Assembly: GCA_012295275.1 (NCBI GenBank) | Contig: CM022672.1 | Location: forward strand, 29,264,001-29,328,000 | Length of the DNA: 64,000 bases | Direction of reading: 5' to 3' | From: Chrysomallon squamiferum | Taxonomy: Eukaryota > Animalia > Mollusca | Shown: piece after piece, positions 42,826 through 54,199 of the stretch | Position numbering within the stretch: position 1 is the stretch's first letter | How the letters are laid out: every line of letters starts with the position of its first letter | Made by a program: the position numbers and the translations under genes | The notes under the pieces: model-generated | Told to the model about the DNA's origin: nothing | Databases searched by the model: none | Seen by the model: only the letters and a program-made list of their open reading frames with translations

Positions 42826-43281
42826 ATGATGGTCAGAAAATGGTGTCATTCCGCGAGAATATGCTTCCAAATGCGACGCGACGTCAGGGTTGTCTGTGCT
42901 GCCTGCATAGCCGTCAGCGTCTTCGCCATCTTCTTCCTCGGCTACCTGTCATCGTACGAGCTGCAGAATGGGTCACCCTACACGAGACAAATTCTAGACG
43001 GCGGGCAGGGCGAGTCAGATCCCTATGGAAACATAAAAGAAGAAAACGCGTTACAAATTGTAGATGATCCGTTACAAACAGTCGAAGTTGTAGACGCGAG
43101 TAGCTCAAAATACAAACTCCAGTCGTTCTCAGACGCTCTGCAAGACAACACCGTCGAAGTGAATATTGGCGAATCTGCCGATGTTGTGACGTCATCAACA
43201 TACCCCCTGCCGTCTACAAAACCGTTTGCGTGGATTCACAAAAACTGTTCGGGGGATAAAAAGTCAGAACTGCTGCAGATG
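42826..43281 (+). CDS. CHST15: CHST15-like coding exon 1 (cytoplasmic tail, TM helix, stem); exon begins at 42779
   Basis: Acceptor tttaacag| at 42778; ATGATG at 42826; hydrophobic VVCAACIAVSVFAIFFLGYL; donor ATG|gtagtc at 43282. Confidence 0.85.
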
Positions 43282-44828
43282 GTAGTCAATACAATTTTAC
43301 TATGTTTCTATGCTTGTTTTATTTCTTTCGGTAGTATCTCATAAATTCAGATTCATTTAATATTATTCAGAATAGTATTAGTAGTAATAGTAGTTGTAGT
43401 AATAGTAGTTGTAGTAATAGTAGTAGTAGTAATAGTAGTAGTAGTAGTAGTAACAACCACAATAGGAGTAATAACTAATAATAAAAAAGATAAAAATAAT
43501 AATAATAATAACATTTTTGTAAATGACGAACCCATTATATTATGAAATTTCTCTTATTTATTTATTTATTTTCAGAAAACATTCCAGTATCTTCCAAACT
43601 ACAAAAACCCTTGTTGGTATGAACCATTACGTCACAGAAACGTGTACAAACGTAACAAATTCGCTATATTTTCCCGCTTCTCCAGGCAGTCAATGGCTGA
43701 GCTTGAAGAGGAATGGTCAAAACGTATTTCTAGTAACCCCAACCCACGTCGGCTACGTTGTCTCCCCTACTTCTTTATCGCAGGTCAGCCGAAGTGTGGC
43801 AGCACTGATCTGTATCAGAAGCTGACGTCACATCCGGATGTTCTGTCTCCACCAATAAAAGAACCTCATTGGTGGGGTAAAAATAGATACGGTCAGCAGA
43901 ATATTTATTTTATTTTTTATTTTTTGAATTTCCGTTACTGAATGTTGTTATTGCTGTAGTTTCTGTTGTTTCTGTCGTTGTTGTTGTTGTTGATATTGTT
44001 ATTATTATTATTTTTATTAATCTTATTTTTTTTTTTTATTAATATAGAGAATAATATTATAGTTATTTCTATTTTATGTAGATTTTTTTCTCTTTAGTTT
44101 TATTTAATTTTGTTTTTCTTACATGTTATCATCATCACGTCAGTCATCGTCGTCGTTGTTGTGTTGTTATTAAGGAGTTATCTTTAAAAATGTGAATACC
44201 TTTTTCCCTGTATATTATTATTTCGTATATAATACATATATATTTTTCTTTTCAACCATTTTCAGGATGGCGATTCAACTACACCACCAGCATTCCCATA
44301 GACGACTACATCGACCTCTTCGACAAAGCGGCACTGTTTATAGAACACGTGGCAGACCCATCATTTCCCGTGAACGACAGCGAAGAACCGTTCCATCAGC
44401 TTATAACAGGTATTGTTATGAAGGGTGACGGAGTAACTTGCAGACAAAAATACACATTTACAGACACACTCGAACAAATGTAGTTTTCACTCATTTAAAC
44501 TGATTATTACCAAACATATTTCTTACACATATCTATATGAGTGTTTTTTCTGTTACGTGGGGCCTGCAAAACCAAACCCAAAATGCAATGAATAAATAGG
44601 CCTATACAAAAATACAAAATTATTTTGTGTATGTGCCTTTGAATATAACTCTAAATATAATAAGCAGGAACATGTAAAACTCATTAACAATTGTTCTGAC
44701 AAGTAGTACAGTATTAATTTACAAAAGTTTTTCCTCATCTGTTTCCCTTTCGTTAACATGTTACTTTGTGTTACGTGTATCTGTATACATGTGTAATAAA
44801 AACATAACAATTACTCTCTCTCTCTCTG

Positions 44829-44859
<31 letters not shown>

Positions 44860-46871
44860 TATATTACTTTCAGTCCGTTTTATCTCTAGAGACATTATAT
44901 GGATATTTACTTTTTCCATTAGCCAGAGGAATGTTTTCTGCGCTAACCCAATTTCTTTACCCTGTCTGAGTTCATTAATGGAGGAATCTAGATGTTTTCC
45001 TTTCCAAAGAAAATATACAAATTAGATGTCTCTGGATATAAATGTTTTCCAAATTGGCAGTTGTCTGAGCAATAATAAACAGAAGTGATAGCTAGTCCTG
45101 TATTTAACTAGCTTGTATAACATTCCGAGAAATACCGACGGTCGCTGTATAATGAGGGAAAATAACTTACAAAAATATCAAGAGGAATTTGCTATTTCGA
45201 TATGCACATAACTAAGTTACATAATAGAGTAGCCCCCGTTTAAGTTCATAACAAGGTCAAGTTAAAAGTAGACTAACCCCATATGTAAATATCATATCAG
45301 TATAATGCCTCTTCCTTAATTTCATTTCTGAAAGGTTATAGCTGTTACAGTATTAAATTTGACATTTATCTCTCAGTGATACAAATGTTTTTAGCTCTTG
45401 AATGTTTGTATGTAACCTATGTTAGAACGACATTCTTAACGTGCATGTGTATATGCATGTATGTATATGTATTTAAAAAATTATGTTATTAAAAAAATGT
45501 ATCGTCCAACATCAGTCAGAGATAACCAGATGATGAAGTATAAACACAGCTTTTGCGATGAATCCAAGTTAGGGGCCGCAAGAGTCACGCGATATAAATA
45601 TTTTGGGGAAACACTCCATAAATTCTTTCAATCATTCATTCATTCATTCTTTCTTTCTTTCCTTCTCACTTTCATTCGTTAGTTCGTTTGTCCATTCTTT
45701 CTTTCTTTCTCTCTTTATTTTTGACTAATAATAAATTTGGTCCTGTTTCATCTTCTAACTCATAATTCCAACAGTATGATGATAATGACGTATTTAGTGA
45801 ATCTCCGCTAGGTGACGCCAGTGTTTCAACACTCTGGGACAGTGACGACTGGTGGAGGCTGAATGAAAACTGTGGCCAGGACGAGCCTCTGTACACAAAT
45901 GCGGACTACATCCACCACTTTCTGCCCAACGCGAAAATCATCGTCATTCTTAGAGATCCAACTGAGAGGTGTGTTTGTCCGTTCTACCATTTTAACATGA
46001 CTGCATGGAATTTGTTCTTACATTCTACAGTTTTATACGTAGCCGTAAACATACACACACACACACATACACACACAGAAACACACACACACACACAAAC
46101 ATGCACACACATGCACACACATACTGACAGATAGGCAAACATACAGACATATGACACAAAAATGTAAACAGGAAAGAAAAGCAGAAGACAGACAATCACT
46201 GTTGACGTATTATTTTAATATTTATCATTTCATCATTAAACTGAAAACATATGTTTGGCACTTAATAACTCTTAATATTCGTCGATAACCAAACAGTCAT
46301 TCAGTAACAAATACTTAAACTCATTTAGATATTTACACAACGTACGTAAGCCGCAGGCCAGAAACCCATTAATATTCTGTTTAACAAGATCTAATGTAAT
46401 TCAGTGAAAACTCGATTTTCTGAATATATCTTCATCTGTTATTTGCTGGAATCATTCCAGAATGGAGTCGTTCAACGTTAATTCGATTTCTGAAATAGTA
46501 ATTTGTTTTCTATTATGATTAGCCGATGAGCCCAGCTGTTTTGCGGGTCTAAGTTAAATACCAAACGTAAGGATGTTGTTAATCTAGATTTTATTCTAAC
46601 AAAGCGTTCTTCCACATCAGTTAGAGATAATCAGTTGATGAAGTATAAAAACAGCTTTCTCCATGAATCCAAGACACGGCCACAACAGTCATAATTCGTT
46701 AATAACATGAGTCTTTTTTTCCGAAATCCTTTATCCGCTCCTGGAAGGTGTTAATTAACATAACAGGAAAATCGTCCACACTGCATGATTGACGCTCTTG
46801 ATTCAAAAAATGAACACTAGAACTATGAATTAATAGAGTAAAAACGTTTGAACCGTTACTGTCATATATAT

Positions 46872-46939
<68 letters not shown>

Positions 46940-47495
46940 TAAAATAATTTAATAATATTAACTAATAATCATAAAAAAAACAAAAAAACATAAAAAAACC
47001 CAAAATCGACAGTTTTAAACAGCAATATATTCTGTCAAATATTACTCATATTGTGAAGGTTGAAGCACTTGTTCTAAGAGTAGATAAACCAAGACAATTT
47101 AATATTAGCGAATTAGTAAAACTTTTGAATCGTGTAAATATGTTTGTATATGTTCCCAAGAGCCATCTGTAATAACGACTGTATGAAGAATGGTCGAATA
47201 AATTGTCTAATAAATTATTTACCTTAGCAGTATATTATTATTTTGGTATGGTAATTAATAATATATTTGCTAAACAACTGAACGCCGTGTATTTACGTAA
47301 TTGGAGAAATGACGTAATCGTGTACTTGGCGAACTGATAGGTTTATTTTTCAAATTTAAAAAAAATCTATTTAACCTGATCATGATGACGTCACTAATTA
47401 TAATTTTTCCTCCCTTATTATACTTGATATTAATTAGTGAACAAATAAATAAATAAATAAATATTAAATAACAATAATAATAACATCATCAACAA

Positions 47496-47544
<49 letters not shown>

Positions 47545-47887
47545 AATAATAATAATAATAATATATAAATAAATAAATAAATAATAACAATAAATAAATA
47601 AACAAAATTATAAATGTACAGTGTTGAAAACAAAACAATCAGTACCTTTTTATTGTAATAGTGTAGTTCAACAGACTTTGCTTATTGTTAATTTCAGGTT
47701 GTATTCGGATTACTTGTATTTTCAAAAATCTCAGAAGTCAGCTGCAGACTTCCACTTCGAGGTTATGAAGGCGATCGGGGGTTTTGAAGCATGCTTAGGA
47801 AAATACACACAACGTTCCTGTATTTATAACAGAACTGTAGCTAATCTGTCCAAGGTAACATTATTATTATCTTCATAATAATTAAAA

Positions 47888-47933
<46 letters not shown>

Positions 47934-49343
47934 TTATTATTATTACTACTGCTACCTCTTCTATTGCTATTTCTACCACTATCATCATCATCACCAGCAC
48001 TATCGCTATTAATAGTAGTAATACTACTAGCGTTAGTACTAGTACTAGTACCACATCTATTACTTTTACTATTAATACTACTTATGATACTGATACTATT
48101 TCTAATGCTATTACATACTACAGCTACTGTTACTATTACTAGTAATAGTAGTATTATTGCTATTACGAGAAATTCACTAGCAGCTACTACTATAACTATA
48201 ACACTTTTACTGTTCTGTTACTACAAAGAAGTAACTATTATTATTCTTACTGTCGTTGTTATTATTGTTACAGTTGTTACTATTTTCACAATTATTGCTA
48301 CTACTAAAACTAAATAATAGTAAACTAAATAAAATAAATATAAATAAATTTAAAGACAAAAATGAAGACAACAACAACAATAAATAAATAAATAATATAA
48401 TTTTAGAAATCTACATATATGCCTCGGTATAAAATTAGCAACAACAACAAAAAGAAAAATAAACAAAACAAAAGCAACACCAACAACAATTACAAAAAGT
48501 CAGTAAAAAGTACAAGCACATCATGTACATTTACAACAGTTTAACCGAAATGTTGTTGTCTATTTTCTAAGGTACGACTGCGGATAGGGATGTATCACGA
48601 GTTTATACGAGACTGGTTGAAAGTCTACTCTCTCGACCAAATGCTCATAATACGACTTGACGACTACGCGCGAGAAACTAAAGATACACTTCAGAGAGTT
48701 TTTGATTTCTTGGGACTCCGTAAGTAGACATTTGTTTTCTTTTTCTTTTTTTGAACTTTAATCCATCATTACATATGTTAATATAAAATATTTTTTTACA
48801 TTTTACTTTTAATTAATTAATTCATTCGTTCGTTCGTTCATTCTTTCATTATTATTATGATTATTATTTTGTTTATGTCTATACAACCTCTCTTTATTCA
48901 TCTCTTTGTCTGTCTCTCTGTCAGTCTGTTATTGAGATTCATCGTGTATTTTGTTCGTTTAGCTCTGTCGACTGTTATAGTATACACCAACGAAAACCGC
49001 GTAGTATTTTCGAATATCAGTCATAAATAATAACGATTACTAAAGCATGAGTAAGAAGAAAAAAAAAGAATCGTGAGATTACAAAAGTAATTTTCCACAA
49101 GAAAACTGAAAGAAAGAAAAAAAATGAAGAAGAAAAAAAGAACGAAGACAAGAAACTATTCGCAAAAACCGATGAAGCGTGCATGGAATGTTTTGAAAGA
49201 AACCGTTTTCTTAGAACTATTAACATTTTATTTATTTACTTTTTGTTTTTAAATTTTGAAAACACTACTATCGTTTTCATAATTTATGTTATGTATGGGT
49301 GTGTCTGAAATATGTTCTGCATGTGTCGTGAATATGATTTATT

Positions 49344-49375
<32 letters not shown>

Positions 49376-52300
49376 GAGAACGTTAATGCTGTCATTGTCA
49401 AACAGGATTTCACACGACAGATGTTTAACGAAATTTAGAACGTGTTGATAATGTAGAACTGTTCGCCAAAATACAATGTGAAATTTGAAACCTATAACGT
49501 TAATTAAAAGTTCGGTTTTCAAAGCATAAAATAAAAAAAAAAATTCTGTCAACTTAAAACTGCCACACCCATATTTGTGAAAACAAACCAACAACAACAA
49601 AAAAAAAAAAAAAAAAAAAAATAATTAAAAAAAAAAATAAGAAGAAAAAAAAAATGAAAGAAAGAAAAGAAAAAAGAACAAAAATGTGTTCAAGTGTGTC
49701 ATTATAACAAATGTTTTGTACTTTACGAGTAGTTTTAAAATATGTTGTAAAAGTGCATGGAGAGAGCGTGAGAGACAGACAAACAGAGAAGGGAGAGAAG
49801 GAAGAAAAACAAACACTTTTATATTTAATTCCTTACAAAACAACAACAAAATACATACTTACATTTTTACTAAGTCAGTCCGAAAACGTGTGAACTCTGA
49901 AAAAAGGAAAAGAAAAAAAAAGAAAAGAAGGATTTGATTAGAGAAGAGTTGGTATGACTGATTATAATAACTGAAGAGCTTCAGTAAGGTTAATGACTCC
50001 AGAAAATAAAGAAATTTGAGTGAAATCTGTAAAAGCGAGCACAGTTAAAGTCCACCCGTACGGAGTACATGTGACGTCGATCACAACGTAATATGTGACT
50101 TGATATATGACATAATTTATGACGTAAAATTAAAAACAAACTAACGACTCTTACCGACTGATTCCAACTGAATAGAATTTATAAACATATATATATTTAT
50201 ATTTATCCACCGACACTAATCGATTACAAACTTATTCAGTTTAGTGGGAACGGAATACCGTCATCATATATTTTTTAAAATACGAATGGTTTTTCTAACA
50301 GTCCGTTCATACATAAAGCAATAATTTTAAACCTCTATTTTCTCCATTTTGGTGATAAATAAGCCGAAATGATGTGCGAAGCACTGATATCCTAAGCTTC
50401 TCTGTATCCGCTTGTTTTATTAGGCAGAGCAAAACTTTCCGAAAACAAGAAAACATTTTTTCATAGTGCTAATGTGATATTCATCCCATAATCACTGTAA
50501 ATTGTGGCAATATAAGAGGACTTGATATATTTTCTATTTTCATTGACCAAAAATAAAGCTTATACTGCCATCACTACAAAAAGTGGCAAGATATGATGCC
50601 TAAATATTTTCGTATACGGTAGTCGAAAACGAAATCAATTTGGGTGAATCAAGTTACTCGAAAGCGGTGGTCTCAGAAGTAAAACAGATTGTTGTATTTA
50701 GTTTTTGTATTATTAGAATTACTGAATAAAGGAAGAAATTGGTTATTGTCTTAAGACATCCTCGGTAGAGGCTCGCCATTCTAAACTATATATATATATA
50801 ATAATGAGACAGATTCCACCCCCACCGAATCTGTACCAGGTGTCTCCGTTTGTGAGGTCGTGATTGGATTTCATCCTCCTGTACTAGTGACCTCTGTCAC
50901 TAGTCTGTATGTTGTCACGATACAAGGAATTTTTATTTAATAGATTTTTGTTTATTTAAAAGCTTCATGGAACGTCATTTGTAAATTACTTGCAAGAACG
51001 GAATATATTAATAGATATTCAGCAAGGAAATTTTAATCGAACCTTCCCTTAGACAGGGAAACATATACCATGTTTCTTAGTGGACGAGATACAAAGATCA
51101 CGTCTGTTACTGCGACCGTTCACATCTGAGAAAAACGCGACGTTGTGAGCAGTCGGCGAATGTTCGGCAGGTGAATTAGATTAAGATAAAACACATCCCA
51201 CGTGCTCACGTGGCAGGACGAACTTAACAGATGTGCAGTACACACACTTTGTTGTTTTCTTCTTCTTTCGTTTCATTCCAACAAGTCAAATCACTTAAAA
51301 CTTCATTTTCAATTAAGAACATCCTTTTTTATAACCTCGCTTTTCCGTTGCAGTATCTCAATGTTTATCTATGTTACGAAATTTATAAATTACTGTTTTA
51401 ATTACTAGAAAACTTAATTAAACCTTGGCAAGTCTATGACTGTCTGGATAACTGGCAGCCCTGTGACGAGTTATCTAAATTGTGTCTTTCGTTATTAACG
51501 CGACTAATTTCGATCGGCGCGTTCATATAAATATAAAAAATCCACCATACGCGCTTGCTATCTTATTTTATTTTAGTATTTTACTTTATTTTATTTTATT
51601 TTATTTACTTTTTTTTTATTATTATAGTAGTAGTTGTTGTTGTTTTCATTATCATTGTTATTATTGTTGTTGTTGCTGTTGTTATTATGTTCTTCTACAA
51701 TCATCCTTCAAGTTTTCTGATTCATTCACTGGTATTTAGATTCTCTTAGAGATTAATCAACAGCAGCTACCTTTTTCAACAGCAGGAAGAGTTATATCAA
51801 TTACTTTAATGACAGATTTACAGTCGCTTCAAAAATTATTTTAAAAACATTTTCGTACATGCAGGACAAAAATAATAAAAATAATGACTGCGTGTTTGTT
51901 TTTAATTAATTAACTTTATTTATTTAGTTATTCATTTATTTTGATTTATTTATTTTTATTTATTTATTTTAATTCATTTTTTTTTTTTTTTTTTATTTTT
52001 TATTTTTTATTTTTTCTGCAGAGGAATTTACACCATTAACATAACTGAGAATAATTGTCTGTTTAAACTGAAAAACAACAAAATTACAAGAAGCTGACTC
52101 ACCCAGTATCTAATATTTATATCTATATCGCTTATCATCGCACCGCTATAAAACGTTTTATGTTTGAGTAATTTCTGATAGAATCTTTTGCATGTTAATG
52201 TTATCAGACACCGCCATCGTGAAAACGGTCTGCAGAACGATTGAAATCAGGGGAGTGAACTCTTGATGGAGAAGTGATACGACGTGATGAATGACAGAAC

Positions 52301-52743
52301 GATGATTAAAGACAATGCAAGGTTGTGCGTGGTAATGGATTTCTTATTTAGTGTCGCGTCAGCTGGTGCAGAACATGCAGATTTCTGCACTTGATGCATT
52401 TCACGGGGTGCAGGAGGAATGCGCTGTGGCGGGTCAAAGGCGTGCACTGTTAGGGTGGGAGGGTGTAAGATCTAAACCAATCTACGAAGGCCTGGATTTC
52501 CCTTTGCTTATTTTCATGTATCATTATTAAATAGTATTAAGTTGTTATTAAATAAAACTTATTTATTTATTTACTTACTTACATACTTACTTAATTTATT
52601 TATTATCTAATTATTAATTACTGGTTGTGAATTGTTATTGTTCTTGTCGTCATTGTCATTATCATCATAAACGTCTCCATTATTATTATGATAAAATGAT
52701 TATGATGGTTTATTATTATTATTATTATTATTATTACTACTAC

Positions 52744-52789
<46 letters not shown>

Positions 52790-53248
52790 AATCTGTCGAT
52801 TCCACATAATTATGTAATTTAACATTACTGATTTATTTTGAAACATCTGACCTCTGACCCATCCCCAGAATCGTCTCTAGATCCGCCCATGTTGCACAAA
52901 CAGTGAAGTTGCTCAGTTCTGTTTGATCTTGATTGTGTTTGATGTTTGTTTCAGTCACGTGTACAACATGTCAGACGCGAGTTCAGAGACTTTCACACCC
53001 GCCCCCGCTTTAATCTTCTTTCCCTTTTTTTCTCACTTTAAAATATTTTTTACGATATGAGCAGTTTTTGCAAATATCGAACGCTCCTTCAAACTTCTTT
53101 TGTTTGTCCTTATATATCACATGGATAGCTGGTTGGAAGAATAGATGGACGGATAGGCAGATAGACAGGCAGACAGACAGAGAGAAAGATTGATTTTTCA
53201 TTTGTTACATTTGTTGTCTCTCATTCACTTTTGTAAATAACTAGTTTG

Positions 53249-53297
<49 letters not shown>

Positions 53298-53524
53298 TAT
53301 TATTATTTTTATTTATTTTATTATTTTCAGGTAAGCTTAGAGGTGATGAGGAGAATGTGTTTAAGCAGCCGGTAGCTAACAAGCGGCGACTGAAAGACAA
53401 AAGTATAGGAAAAATGCGGGCAGACACGAATCGCTTGCTAGACAATTTTTATCGGCCATTTAATGAAAAACTTGCCGCTCTGTTGGATGATCCTGGTTTT
53501 TTGTGGAACTATGAAGGAGTCTGA
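42826..53524 (+). CDS. CHST15: Carbohydrate sulfotransferase 15-like (GalNAc 4-sulfate 6-O-sulfotransferase); join(42826..43281,43576..43891,44266..44409,45812..45968,47698..47854,48572..48719,53331..53524), 523 aa
   Basis: Seven exons join with consistent phases (0,1,1,2,0,1) into a 1572-nt stop-free CDS. Motifs: TM helix, YLPNYKNPCWYE, 5'-PSB loop LRCLPYFFIAGQPKCGSTDLY, KEPHWW, DDYIDLFD, ITGDASVSTLWD, 3'-PB ILRDPTERLYSDYLYF, RLRIGMY and LDNFYRPFNEKLAALLDD..FLW, all characteristic of the CHST15 family. Confidence 0.93.
43576..43891 (+). CDS. CHST15: CHST15-like coding exon 2 (PAPS 5'-phosphosulfate-binding loop)
   Basis: ttttcag|KTFQYLPNYKNPCWYE...GQPKCGSTDLY...KEPHWWGKNRY G|gtcagc. Confidence 0.93.
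44266..44409 (+). CDS. CHST15: CHST15-like coding exon 3
   Basis: ttttcag|GA WRFNYTTSIPIDDYIDLFDKAALFIE...HQLIT G|gtattg. The correct frame is not shown in the ORF track. Confidence 0.92.
45812..45968 (+). CDS. CHST15: CHST15-like coding exon 4
   Basis: ccgctag|GT DASVSTLWDSDDWWRLNENCGQDEPLYTNADYIHHFLPNAKIIVILRDPTE AG|gtgtgt. Confidence 0.92.
46519..46877 (-). mobile_element. Non-autonomous Helitron-like element in a CHST15 intron
   Basis: Minus strand begins TCCTATATATAT and ends with an imperfect GC hairpin (CCCGC-AAAACA-GCTGGG) then CTAA|T, matching the Helitron TC...hairpin-CTRR signature. An internal ~85-bp segment (46610-46690) recurs at 45500-45590. Confidence 0.6.
47698..47854 (+). 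CDS. CHST15: CHST15-like coding exon 5
   Basis: atttcag|G LYSDYLYFQKSQKSAADFHFEV...RSCIYNRTVANLSK|gtaaca. Confidence 0.92.
48572..48719 (+). CDS. CHST15: CHST15-like coding exon 6
   Basis: ttttctaag|VRLRIGMYHEFIRDWLKVYSLDQMLIIRLDDYARETKDTLQRVFDFLGL C|gtaagt. Confidence 0.92.
51012..51078 (-). mobile_element. Degenerate SINE central-domain remnant, same family
   Basis: Reverse complement catggtatatgtttccctgtctaagggaaggttcgattaaaatttccttgctgaata aligns with 31990-32050. Confidence 0.5.
53331..53524 (+). CDS. CHST15: CHST15-like coding exon 7 (terminal)
   Basis: ttttcag|GT KLRGDEENVFKQPVANKRRLKDKSIGKMRADTNRLLDNFYRPFNEKLAALLDDPGFLWNYEGV TGA (53522-53524). Confidence 0.92.
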
Positions 53525-53988
53525 CAAAAGCGACAGCTGAATATTTATTATTAATTGCTCAAAAAAGAAGAAAAAAATTGTTTTTGTAAATAAATTGTAT
53601 GAATATATTAATACTTGGTGACATATAAACGATGTGCTCTTACACTGAGGGAGGAAAATACGCACACGGAATATTCGTGATGAAGAAAAGGAAAGCGTTT
53701 CTGATAAGGACGTAATCGATAGTTTTAACTAGATCGTGGGAAAGTTTCGTCACAAACAAATTCTTCTGAATGTTGTAACATGTTGTTGGAAATATTATAC
53801 ATCGTTCTGTGACCCGCAACCTAAGTGAGTTGTGTCTGAAGATTCTTTTGTGGAAATATATCACAGTGCTCGTTTATTTAAAAACAGAAGTTCTAAAAAA
53901 AAAAAAAATAATAATAATAATAAAAAATAAAAAAATGAAAATAATAAAATAAAAGAAATAATAAAAAATAAAAGAAAGAAAGAAAGAA

Positions 53989-54047
<59 letters not shown>

Positions 54048-54133
54048 TAATAATAATAAAAGTAAATAAATTACAAGAAGAAGAATAAAAACCCCACTAA
54101 ATCTACAAATATTTATTCATATTATGTATCAAC

Positions 54134-54199
<66 letters not shown>

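Noticed and set aside
45525-45600. Duplicated intronic ATGATGA element as tandem snoRNAs in CHST15 introns
   Set aside because: No D box (CTGA) downstream in either copy; the second copy lies within a Helitron-like element.
50785-51480. Second Helitron (TATATA start; GATAACT...AGTTATC hairpin then CTAA)
   Set aside because: The 5' TC is missing, the hairpin is atypical and no second copy is visible; not supportable without a genome search.
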